NCBI GenBank assembly: GCA_965603825.1
Contig: CBFDEM010000063.1
Coordinates: forward strand, 310,001 to 374,000
From: Blepharisma stoltei ATCC 30299
Lineage: Eukaryota; Protista; Ciliophora
Reading direction: 5' to 3'
DNA length: 64,000 bases
The stretch's first letter is position 1. Every line of letters begins with the position of its first letter. The position numbers and the translations under genes are program-made. The notes below the pieces were generated by a model that was given only the letters and a program-made list of their open reading frames with translations, was not told where the DNA came from and searched no databases. Of this stretch, positions 12,512-24,800 are shown one piece after another.

Positions 12512-13051
12512 TTATCCTCTGTGTCTATCTCCATTTCTGAAACTGGCCAAAATTTCTGCAGTAGCAAATTTAAACATATTGTCAACATTCCATCCAGTTT
12601 TAGCTGAAGTTTCCAAATAAATCATTTTGATGATCATTTGCAAATTTTTAACCTTCTTCAAATAAAACTTTTCTTTCCTCTTCTCTATCAATTTTATTTC
12701 CAACCAAGGCTGCTACGACCGTTCTAGGAGTATTCACCATTGCTTCAGAAACCCAATTGTTCAGATTATCAAAGCTCTCTCTACTTGTGACGTCGTAGAC
12801 CATGAATACTGCTGTCGTACCTTTATAGTAAGATCTAGGAATCGGTCTGAATAATTCTTTGCAAGCAGCATCCCACAATTAAAATTTTATCCCTACTTCA
12901 TTAATATTGATAATTTTCATTCCAAGTTCAACGCCTATTGTCATTTCGTACTCTTCTGTGAATATATTCTCAACGTATCTCTGAAGAATACTTGACTTTC
13001 CAGCATGATTATCCCCTACAAAGATCCTTTGAATAGATAAGCATATGACAT
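12512..13051 (-). pseudogene. Rab2-like GTPase pseudogene
   Basis: Starts MSYAYLFK (Rab2 N-terminus), then a frameshift before IFVGDNHAGKS, an in-frame TAA just before LWD, DTAGQE degraded to DAACKE, and a second stop/frameshift after EEG. GNKID and ETSAK are retained. Confidence 0.85.
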
Positions 13052-14312
13052 TATTATTAATTTTGCAGAGCTATAATTTATTATATAAAAACTTATCTCA
13101 AATTTGAGCATGAGTTTAAAAATTCTAAAAGAAATCAGCTATTTAATAATCTGAAGTATAAAATTAATTCTTTGCTCAAGTCAAAACTTAATATGTGATA
13201 GAAATTCAATTTTTATTATTGTAAAGTAATAGTCAATAAAAGATGATTATTAGGTATTTCAAGCTATACCAAATTTTGAAAATTTTGAAGCATAAAATCC
13301 TTTATTTTATGAATGCATTTAATATAAGCTTCAAAATCTATTAAGTTATAATTTTTAGAACTTAATATAGTAAATTCATTAAACTATATCATTGAAAATT
13401 TCAGATTATTACGAAAATACTTAGCTTTATATAATCTTTTATTTCTTACGATAAAAGAATAAAAAATTATGTGGTGGATAGCAGTTATAAACTAGCGCGC
13501 TAGACGTCTCAGCATTAATTAAGTTTCGTAGGCCTTGCTATATAGATCATAAATAAAATATCATATAGGTTTAAGAAATTATCTTTTCTTATTTTCTCTT
13601 CGCTCATGGGATTTTATTTATATTGCATTACTGCCAGTATATATAATTTTGTCAAGTCTATAACATAATTCAGTGGTTTACAGAGGAATAAACTCCTAAT
13701 AAATTGTAAAAAAGTACAGCTGAAGTTTCATTTGATTCAGCGCTACCTTCTTGCCTTAACGGCTTGGCTTGATTTGGAAGACTATGGTTTTATGTGCATT
13801 GCTTGAGGCTGAGAGGCTATGCACATAGTCTATCGCTTTTTTTTATAAGATAAATGCAACCTTAAGAATGTATATATCTTTTAAAAGTAGTTATATTTTA
13901 TTAAACAACTTTACAATTTTATTCAGCATTTACATAATTATTATTCTTTTTTCTGTTGTACTTATTCGATTTGTATCATCAAAAAAATTGTCCAAATTGT
14001 TTAAATCATGCTTTTTCGGACTTTTTGACATTTTAATTTGGTTTGATTGTGAATTTTCATTTAAACTTCTTTTGGTAGCAATATACAATTCTTTTATTGA
14101 ATTTATAAATGGCCCAGTAGCTTGCACTACCACAAGACATGTAGTAAAACACATAATTAAATTGTCCATAATATCAATCCCAGCTTGCCCCAAATCAAAA
14201 AAATATGGAGTTAGGAGAAGAAAAATGATTGAAATTCCAAATTCAGTAATTATATTTGTAATTTGAATAACTCTATCTTCAAAAGGGCTATAGAACGCTA
14301 AAAAAATGCAAT

Positions 14313-14326
14313 CTATATAAAAATAC
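14313..14326 (-). other. Degenerate 14-nt intron in copy A (GTATTTTTATATAG)
   Basis: Same position as the 15-nt intron 2 of the four other full copies, but one base shorter. Confidence 0.65.
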
Positions 14327-14584
14327 GCATATTGCTGATACTGCATTAATTGTGAGTTGAGTTTGAGGAAAGTCATTTAAAAATATTTGAATAGAAATAA
14401 AAACTAATCGTCTTGCAAAAAAGAGAGAATAATATTGTGTACTCATAAATCCTGAATTATTTTTGAATTCATAATAAAGCGAGCTTCAAGGAGTTAATCA
14501 TTTCCTATTTCTTTTGTTTAATATTTTATTCAAGTTTTTGAAGCTAAAATATGCATGAGCAAAAGGAGTGAGGGCTATTAAGAT

Positions 14585-14599
14585 CTAAATTATTATTAC
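14585..14599 (-). other. 15-nt intron in copy A (GTAATAATAATTTAG)
   Basis: GT..AG, phase 0, terminal TAG in frame. Position conserved in five paralogs. Confidence 0.85.
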
Positions 14600-17500
14600 T
14601 ATACAAATTCAGCATAGAAAATAGTTTGTAGAATAAATTGAATCTTTAAGTATTTCATAATTTTCTGTACTCAAAATCCCTATTATAGAAGCGAAACCAA
14701 ATTCAAGATAGCTGACAATCCAAAAGCGTAAAAAAGTAGCAAACTTATATTCCTTAAATATTTTTTTAAATTTCTTTCCTATGTATCTCTGAGAGCATTT
14801 AGAAAAATAATAGACTAGAGGAGTCGCAATTATAATGCAGCACAGAACAGTTGCATCACTTCCAATATTTACAAATATCAAATAACTATCATATCCATAA
14901 TTACTTGCACGGGAATAGGGAGAATTGCTTTCATTCTCTTCAATAAATAGCAAAAACAAATTTGGGACAATGTTAAAATTATTCATTGATTTAAAAAATA
15001 CAGAAATTTTTTCTGTTATAGGATAGCTTGCATAAGGTATGTAGGCAAGGAGCTGAATAGTATTAAGCATAGTTCACAGGCTTGAAGGATTTAAACTAAA
15101 AATTGAAAAAATAGCTCCAAGCCCAACCAAAATTTTGATCCCTGCAGAAACCTGATTTTTAATCTCAATAATTTCCTCAGGCATTACATCAGAATTATAG
15201 AGGGTTCCAATTAAATATTTTTCAAGAAGCACACTGCCTGAAATTGATTGAATGCCCTCTAAATCTTTAAAAAGAACTGTAACTACTGTTTTTTTAAATT
15301 TTTTTATGCCGAAATCACATGATATTAAGAATGTTCTATTTGAAATATATGTTACTGATCATAAAGAAATTGTTTTATTATGAATTTGTACCAATATTTG
15401 AATGTCTGTTAAATTTTTTTTTAAGTCTTCACTAAAGCTTAAAGTGAGAGTGTTGATAGGGTTGACAGCAAGTGTAACATGGAATACACTTAAACATATT
15501 GACTTTTTTAACTGTTCTGGTGGGCAAAAACAGCTTCCAGACCTCAGCTCAGCATTTTTAACGCAGGATATGCATTTATCTTCATTTTCACATTGTGTGC
15601 AAAGATCAGGGCAGTCAAAACATGAATCATTAGCTTTAAACTGGTTTGCCTGGCAGATTTCACATGCCCCCAAGCTTGGATTTCAGCCAAGACCATAGTT
15701 GCATTTGCAACTTGTGATATTTGATGCATTAGATATGCATTCAAGGCAAGAGGTTGCAGCATAGTCAGTGCATGAATAGCATTTGGGATTATCACAAAGG
15801 TTGCAAAACTTGCTTGAATCTCTACAGCTTGAGCATTCATTACTGCATATGGAGCAATTATAGTATTGCGGTCCAATTCAATACTGGCTAATCAGGCAAT
15901 TCGATATACACATTCCATTAGTTAAGCACGCTTTGCAGCTTTCTGTGCATTTTCACGATGGTAGTGCAAGGGATGATATACTTTTTAATGAGTTATAGCC
16001 TTTAATATCATAAATAAATCCTTTAAAATAGCTAGAATACCCTAATGAATTTTTAGCCGCTCCTAATGTAAAAGTGACATCTATTTTGGTGTCTTCAAAA
16101 TAATCAAATCCTATGTTGGCTTGGTGATCTATGAGCCCATTCAAATAGAATGCAATTATAGTATATTTCAAATTTGTATACTCTGCTGCAATCGTAATGT
16201 GATTTCATTCATAAGAGCCAAGAGTTTGCAAATAAAAGAAATAATTTATGCTTGAAATGCTAAAGTTTAAAGAAATCTTTACAATACCTACTGCTAATTG
16301 GAGAGAGAAGATTTGGTTGTAGAGACTATCTTGCTTTGAGACAACTGTTCCAAAACCATTTTCTATGTTGATTCATATTGAAAAGGTAAAAGAATAGCCA
16401 AAACTAAGAACTGGGCTGCTATAACCAGGGTAAATAGGTAAATGCATTATTGAGTTTATTCCATTAAAATAAAATCCTCGATATGGAGCAGCTAATGGAT
16501 CAAACGGATCATAATCTGGGTAAAATTCAGGGCTGCTGCCAATTAGAGCTGGAATTTTACTTTTCTTATCATAAACCACTCCTTCTAGAGTGTCAAATGA
16601 AAGGTAGAAAATGAAAGTATCCTGCTCCTCGCATATTGACCCATTTTCTATAAAACCATCTGGACATTCAGTGATGCATCATCCTAAATACATATAGAAT
16701 CCAGGTGCACATACTAAACATCCCCCAGATGTTGATGATATACATGTTTTGCAGGTGAAATCACATAAAGTGCATTCTTCATTCACTAAATCCCAGTAAT
16801 ATCCATCATAGCATGCACAAACTGCTGCTAAAGACATATAAGTGTGCTCTCTACAAGTTATGCAAGTTGATGTATAGTCGTCACACACTAAGCAAATCAC
16901 ATCTTGGCACAAATTGCAATTTTTATCATGTCTAACGCAACCCCATCCGCATTGGGCTTGACATGAATTGCAGCTCAAGCCACTAGGATAAAATGGCAGA
17001 TCGCAATTTGGAATGCAATCATTTGATAATTCTATCGGACATAAAGAGCATCCCGAGCATGTCCCTGAAGTTATAATGCTAATAATAGGCTCATTAACAC
17101 TAAAAAATTTAACATCTCATAAAAAGCCTTTGTAAAGATTCGTACTAAGATCAGAGCCAGCACCAATGTTAATAGTGAAGGCTGAAGAAATATCCTGATA
17201 TCATGAGGATGCCAGATCAGAAGATATTTCGCTTGAAGAGTCAATATAAAACGAAATTTGTTGCTTTGGTGTCGGGCTTATAATACTTTTAGCAGCTATA
17301 AAATTCCAGGATCCTAAAGTAATTGATATAGTTGTAGTGGTATAAGAAACTGATGTTCCATCTTCTAATGTCATTGAAAAGCAAAGTTTCCCTAATGTCA
17401 GTGAAAATGTAATAAAATTTGTAGATAAGCTATCTTGTTTAGATATAATATATCCAATATCTAAAATTGGGTTGATTCATGCTGATATTGTAAATTCTGC

Positions 17501-18922
17501 TCCTAGAGTTAAAGATGGCGAATTGTCTTTTGATTTCATGAATGAAGTTCCTCTAAAATAATAACCTCTTAGGTTTGCAGCAAATGGATCTTCTAGATTA
17601 TAGAATGGGTAAAAACTATCATCATTTCCAGTTTGGAAAGCAACATTTCTTACTGAATCATAAACTATGTCTTTTATCTGGCTGAGTCTTAAGTTGAAAA
17701 CCAGTTCATTTGATAAATTGCATTGATTGCCACTTAAAATATATCCAGAAGGGCAAAACTTAAGACATACATTTGATAGCATAAGTAAGGAAGATCCACA
17801 TTGAATGCATTCAGTGAAAGATGGTCCAGAGCATGTAGAACAAATTGAGTGACAGAGATTGCATGTCTCTGTGTTTCCATTCCAATAAGCATTTTGATTG
17901 CATTGGCATGAATCTCCTACAAATCCCGCATTAGCTATACAGCTTAGGCACTTTTGTGTAAAAGATTTGCATGAATAGCATTCTTTTTCTCTGCAAAGTG
18001 TGCATGCTAGATTGCTTCTACACCCATTAGAGCATGATGTTTTGCATGGATCACATGTAGTGCTATCAGGATAATTTGCCAATGAGCAAGAGCTTGGACA
18101 GAAATCTCCAGCCGGGCAACTTGTGCAAGGGTTTGAAGTGCAAGTCGTAGTTGCTCAGTCGGAATTGGCATGAGTTTCATCATTATATATTTTTAAACTC
18201 CACAGGAATCCTTTGAAGCCAGTCCCTGACGCATTATCAAAGCCAATTAGCAGAGCTCCAGAAATACTATCTCTTAAGTATGTTTGAGATATTGAAGTCT
18301 TTGTAATAGCAAGCGATGAGTCTATATAACTATAAGAACTATAAGTCCCATCTGTATTAATTGATCCAGAAAATGACAGATAATGTCAATCAGCAAATAA
18401 ATTTTGTGAAATAGCTGCATTTAAAGATGATCCATCTTTGAGTAATAAATTGAGATTCGGGTAGCCACTGCTGTCGATTTTTACAACTAAATATTGAGAA
18501 GCTCCATTGTATTTTTAATTAAAACTCCCTGGCCTATAGCCTTAACCCAAAGCATGATAGAGAAATAAAGATTAAAAATTAAAGAGCTAGTCATATAACT
18601 TTGCCCAGTAAAAAATAGCCCTTCTGGTCATTTACATCAAGCACTGGATAAGTGTTTGTATTAATACTACCAACATTAAATCCTAATAAATTATCAAGCA
18701 CAATATAATCATCCAATTCTAAATCCACAATTAAACTATTCACTAAATCGCATTTATTTGTTATAGCATTTGAATTGAAACCGCTTGGACATTGTGTATC
18801 GCAGAGGACATTTAATAAGTAATATGAAGAAAAGCAGGCTGTGCATTGATAATAATGTGTTGATGAGCATAAAAAGCATCCAGCAAAACATGGAAAGCAA
18901 GAAAACCCATCAGCAGAAAGCA

Positions 18923-19060
18923 TATAATATTTTCTAATAAAATATTTAAATTAAATTTATAGTTTTAATATTTTTTAACAATAAGAAAATTATGTCTCGA
19001 TATTATGCAAACACTTATTGGCAAAAATATGATGATGATAAATTATTCAAACAGATTATA
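18923..19060. mobile_element. 130-bp AT-rich insertion flanked by a TATA direct repeat (IES- or MITE-like)
   Basis: TATA at 18923-18926 and 19057-19060. Removing 134 nt restores CNPGY-MLS(A)DGFSC as in copy B. Ends form an imperfect inverted repeat. Confidence 0.7.
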
Positions 19061-21811
19061 GCCTGGATTGCAAGTGCAAGGGCTCCCAGATGCATTAGGA
19101 ACGCATTGAGTGCAAAGGCCTGCTAAGAATCCTGTACATATACTGCAAAGCGGATCATTACAAACGTTGCAAGATCCACTTCTAACGCAATCGTTTGGGC
19201 AAGAATCGCAGTTTGTGATTGTAGCTCCGTTCATTCATTGAGTTAAAGAGCAAGTCCAAAGGCAATTAGCAACTGCCCCTGAGCCACATATTTGATCTGA
19301 GTATTGAGTATTAAAATTCGAGACAGCCAATTTCATAAAGTGAATTGATAAATGTACCCTATAAACTTGCTTGAAGAGTTTTGTCCCAAATATATTGAAT
19401 TACCTGCTGCATCTCTATATATATAATCAGTAGTTGTAATAGAAGTTTGTGGAGAGTTGTTTAAATAAGGGACGATTGTTGTTGATATGGTTGATGATGA
19501 AAATGAAACAACAAAAGCAATATAAGCTCAGCCTGTGCCTGATGAATTTAAAGCAGCAGTTGTTATTGGAGTAGTGGCTTCTAGTCTATTTTCTAATATA
19601 ATTGTTAGAGCACCGTTTGCAGATATTGCTATTTTATTATTTGGACTATTTCCCAATATATCTCCTGAGCCTGGCAATATTCAAATTCATATTTCGAGAG
19701 AGAAATTAAATGAAATGTAGACAGATGATGTTTGAAGATATGAGCCGCCATAAAAGTAAAGTCCTCGGTTTTTAGCAGGGAGTGGGTCTACAGCTTCAGG
19801 ACTAGTGAAAAAGTAGCAACTGCTTGAGCTTGTCCCTGTTGTAAACAAGCCATAAGCTCCGTAAAAATAATTTGCAAAATTTTGATCAATAACAGGTGTT
19901 GAAATAGGAGTACAAGAGCCAAATCCATACGGGCACTCTCTTAAGCAGATATTTGACACTAAAATATTTGGGGATACACATGTGGTGCATATAAAATTTA
20001 AAGATCCACTACAGTCGCTACATAAATTATCGCATTTCTCACAAGTTTTTGTGGAAGATACCCAATAAGCATTTGGACTACATTGGCAAACTCCTCCAAT
20101 GGGTTCCGCATTCGCAATACACGAAATACAAATTAAATTTGCTTCATCACAAGTAACACACAATTGCTGATAGCACATATTACAATAATCATTCGTAGCA
20201 CAGCTTCCCCTCATTAAAATTATTCCAGAAATTTTAGGAGCTTGGATAACAGGATGCAAGCTAACAATTAAATTCCCGCTAGAATAAGCATTGCTTATTA
20301 AGCAAAACCAAATGTTGAAGCATAAGCTGGCCCTCCACAATTCATTGCAAGGGCAACATTTGCAGCATCCAGGGAGTAACATATGACAATGCTCATGATG
20401 ATGATAGCTAGCAGTCTTACGTCATCAAACATTTTTTAATTTATTCTCCTTCTAAATTTTATGCGAAGTTACGATAATCATGATATCAAAAATAGAATTA
20501 AAGAATCTAATAATGTGAATTTTCAATTGATGAGACATTATTTCAATTCTTTTCAAAATAATTTAAATTTCTTTAAATTATTGGCAAAAATTTTTGCAAA
20601 ACAAAATTTGATTAAATTTGCTGTTGAATAAAATAATAAAAACTGGATCGGTACTATAGAACCTCGCATTCGCTAGATGGTTGCTCATCAAATTAAATAA
20701 GCTATAATATTTTTTTTGATTTCTTACTTACTCTTGAAGTTGAGACTGAGCTTATTTTCCTTTTGGCTTTTGAAGTAATTGTGAGGATTTTTTCATTTAA
20801 ATAGCTCAAAGTATACTTTTCTTTTAAGCTCTATTGATACTCTTTAATTTATCGAGAAAATGGATATTGACTTGATACGGAAATTGCCACACACTGCTAG
20901 AAATGGAATGTGAAAGCGTGCATGTGCTCTAGTTGGTTTTATCCCAATCGATATTTTATGGATTAGTTTAAGTAGGATTGCTTAATGATGCCTATGATGA
21001 TTTTCCAGAAAATGATGAAATTAAAAAAAACAATGATTATGATGTTTGGAGTGATGACGATAGAAGCTAATACTTTTTTGAAGAAAACATAAAGAAAGGA
21101 GATTTACTTAAATAAATAAGACTTCTGATAACAGCAAAAGATGAAAAGTACTTAATGATGGAGAATCGGCTTTTTCGGCAAAATTTACAAGGGAAATTTT
21201 AGACAAATTGTGATTAATTGCTCAAGTGATGGAACAACAGAATGAAGAAATGAGACGTTAGCTTTAATGAAGCTAATTAAACGACTGAAACAATTAAGAT
21301 ATGATTCTCGAATATATAGATATCTTAAATTTTATATTAGACTTAAACTCTACAGAAAATAAAATCAATTAGGCTCGATTTTTATCGGAAAATTGGAATT
21401 AAAAACAAATCCACAGAAAATTAAAATTAATATCAGGAGCAAATCTTATCAGAAATTTAGAATTCAGACTAGACTCAAGTTTATGTTATAGCTATACAAG
21501 GAAAAGAAAGACCTTTAAAAATAGGACCTCTTAGGGGGAAGTTGTCTTAATATTTCTCTAATTCTCTTTCTATTGCATCAATCTGTGCGCTTTAAATGCA
21601 GTATTGCTTTTAAAATTATTATTAACTCTTTAATTTCATAAGAATTCTAAAGATGAAGCAGAACTTTATCACTTACTTTTATTGTTTATTAATTATATAT
21701 AAGTTTGAATCCATATAAACTTTTGCTTAATTATCGCATTTATCATTAAAATTTTCAAAATTCATTTCTAGCAATATAGGTCTATTTATCACACTTTTCG
21801 AATTTTATTAT

Positions 21812-24800
21812 TTATTTTATGCTTTCACTGCTATTGTTTTCTGTTTCCTCCATATTTGTTCCAGCTGCACCATCAAAAAAATCGTTCAAGTTGTTTAAGT
21901 CTATTTTCTTGCTTTTTTGTTGTGCTTTGATTGGCTTGGGGTGTGAATTTTCAGCTAGAGTCTTTTTGATAGTGAAATATAATTCTTTAACCGAATTTAT
22001 AAATGGCCCAGTAGCTTGCGCTACCATAAGAGAAATAGTTAAATATATTATTAAGCTGTCCATTACTTCAATTCCTGCTGAACCCAAATCAAAAAAGTAT
22101 GGAGTTAGTAGCAGAAAAATGATTGAAATTCCAAATTCCGTAATTAAATTTGTAAATTGAATGACTTTATCTTCAAAAGGCTTATAAATCAAAACAAACA
22201 ATGCGATCTATATAAAAGTTACGCATAACGCTGAAACCGCATTAATTGTGAGTTGACTTTGCGGAAAATCATTTAAAAATATTTGGGTAATAACAAAAAT
22301 TAATCTCCTTGCAAAAAACAGAGAATAGTATTGAGTGCTGATAAAACCTGAATTATTTTTGAATTCATAATATAGTGAACTTCAAGGAGCTAATCATTTT
22401 CTATTTCTTTTGTTTAATATTTTGCTCAAGTTTTTAAAGCTAAAATACGCAAGGAGAAAAGGAATAATAGCTATAAGAGTCTAAATTATGGTTACAATAC
22501 AAATTCAACATAAAAAATAGTTTGTAGATTCAAGAGTACTTTCAAAGATTTTAAAATTATCGGTGCTCAAAATCCCGACTGTAGCAGCAAAGCCAAATTC
22601 AAGATAACTCACTATTATAAATCTCAAAAATGTGCTGAACTTATATTCATTAAATATTTTTTGAAATTTCTTTCCTATATATCTCTGAGAGCATTTAGAA
22701 AAGTAATATACTAGAGGAATGGCAACTATAATGCCGCATAGCGCTGTCGCATCATTTCCAATATTAGCAAGTATCAAGTAGCTATCATACCCATAGTTTC
22801 TTGCTCGATCATAAGGAGCATTACTTTCATTTTCATCAATAAAAAATAAAAACAAGTTTGGAACAATATTAAAATTATTCATAGATTTGAAAAATACTGA
22901 AATTTTTTCTGTAATAGGATAGCTTGCATATGGTATATAGGCAAGAAGTTGAATAGTGTTAATCATAGTCCATAAGCTAGAAGGATTTAGGCTAAATATT
23001 GATAAAATCACGCCTGATCCAACCAAAATTTTGATCCCTGCAGAAACTTGATTTTTAATCCCAGCAATTTCATCAGATTCGAATTCAGACTCATAAAGAG
23101 TACCAGATAAATATTTTTCAAGAAGCACACTACCTGAAATTGATTCAATATGTTCTGAATCATTAAAGTATAATGAAACTACTGCTTTTTGTAAAGATTT
23201 TCGACCAAAATCGCATGATATTAAAAATTCTTTATTTGAGATATAGGTTATTGATCATGATGGAATTGTATGATTTTGGATTTGTATCATTATTTGCTCG
23301 TTTGTTAAATTCTGTTTTAAGCCATCGCTAAAGCTTAATATGAGGGTGTTATTAGGATTAACCGTAAGTGTAGCATTAAAGGTGCTTAAGCATACCTTAT
23401 TTTCTAATCACCCTGTAGGACAAAGATCGCAGGTCTCTGTATTCTCATTTCATAAAGCATTCTGATTGCATTGGCATGAATCTCCTACAAATCCTGCATT
23501 TTTAATACAGCTTATGCATTTTTTGGAAAAAGATTTGCATGAATAGCACTCTTTTTCTCTGCACAGACGGCATGTCAGATCACTTCTGCATCCATTAAAG
23601 CATGATGCTTTACATGAGTTGCACAAAGAGCTACCTGGATAATTTGTCAATGAGCAAGAACTTGGACAAAAAACCCCACTTGGACAGTTTGGGCATACAT
23701 TAGTGGTACAAGTTGCAGAAGTCCATCCATTGTTTACATAAGTTTCATCGTTATAAATTTTTAGATTTCACAGAAAACCTTTGAAACCAATCCCAGATGA
23801 TTTATCAAAGCCAATCATGAGCACTCCAGAAATGCTATCTCTTAAATATGTTTTAGAAGCTGAAGTACTTGCCATGAGCAAGGCAGAATCTGCATATATA
23901 TTAGAGCTATATGCTCCATTTCCATTGATTTTCCCAGAAAATGACAAATAATGTCAATCAGACAGTAAATTTTGTGTAGCAATTGCATTGAGCGATGACC
24001 CATCTCTGAGCAATAAGTGAAGATTCTGATTGCCGTTTTCATCAATCTTAATTACTAAATATTGTGTAGCTCCATCGTATTTTTCAATTAAAATTCCTTG
24101 TTCAATGACCTTAACCCAGAGCATAATAGAAAAATAAGGGCTAAAAACTAAAGAACTGCTCATATAGCTTTGCCCAGTGAAATAATATCCACGGTTAATT
24201 GCAGGAATGGGATCATTTACGTCAAATGCTGGATATATATTTGTATTATTGTTTCCAACATTGAATCCATATAAAGTGTCAAGTACAATATAATCATCAA
24301 GTTCTAAATCAATGACTAAACTGTCCACTAAATCGCATTTATTTGTGGCAATGTTTTGACTATAGCCACTTGGGCATTGAGAGTCACATAGGATATTTAG
24401 CAAAAAGTATGAAGAATAGCAAGCAGCACATTGGTAATAATCAGTAGATGAGCATAAAGAGCATCCCGTAAAGCAGGCTAAGCAAGAAAAGCCATCTGAA
24501 GAAACAATATAACCACTGTTACAAACACAAGGAGTTCCAGATGCATTCGAAACACACATAGTGCATTTATTTGCATCAAAGCCAGTACAGACACTGCAAA
24601 GCGGATCATCACAAATATTGCAAGACCTACTTCTAGTGCATCCAAGATTGCAACTTGAATCACAATTTGTGCATGCTGCCGAATATCAGTATTTATTAAT
24701 ATCACATGTCCATAGGCATGCTGCTAATAGCCCAGACCCACAAATTTCATTTAATTGTGCAGAAAAGTCAAAAACTGCAACATTTCATAAATGGTATTTA

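Larger units (their letters stand above)
13930..20432 (-). pseudogene. Giant lectin-module multipass membrane gene, copy A (disrupted): SP - deleted malectin - L1 - L4 - L5 - L6 - stalk - TM domain
   Basis: Colinear with copies B, C, E and F. Carries a malectin deletion with frameshift (~20300), 1-nt deletions (~19330, ~18515, ~14303), a deletion at ~18625 and an insertion at 18927-19056. Confidence 0.85.

Noticed and set aside
13490-13505. CTAGCGCGCTAG palindrome as a Helitron end or regulatory site
   Set aside because: Single occurrence with no other element hallmarks.
21812-23450. Classical adhesion GPCR
   Set aside because: No GPS/GAIN C-x-H-L-T motif before the first TM, and more than seven hydrophobic segments.
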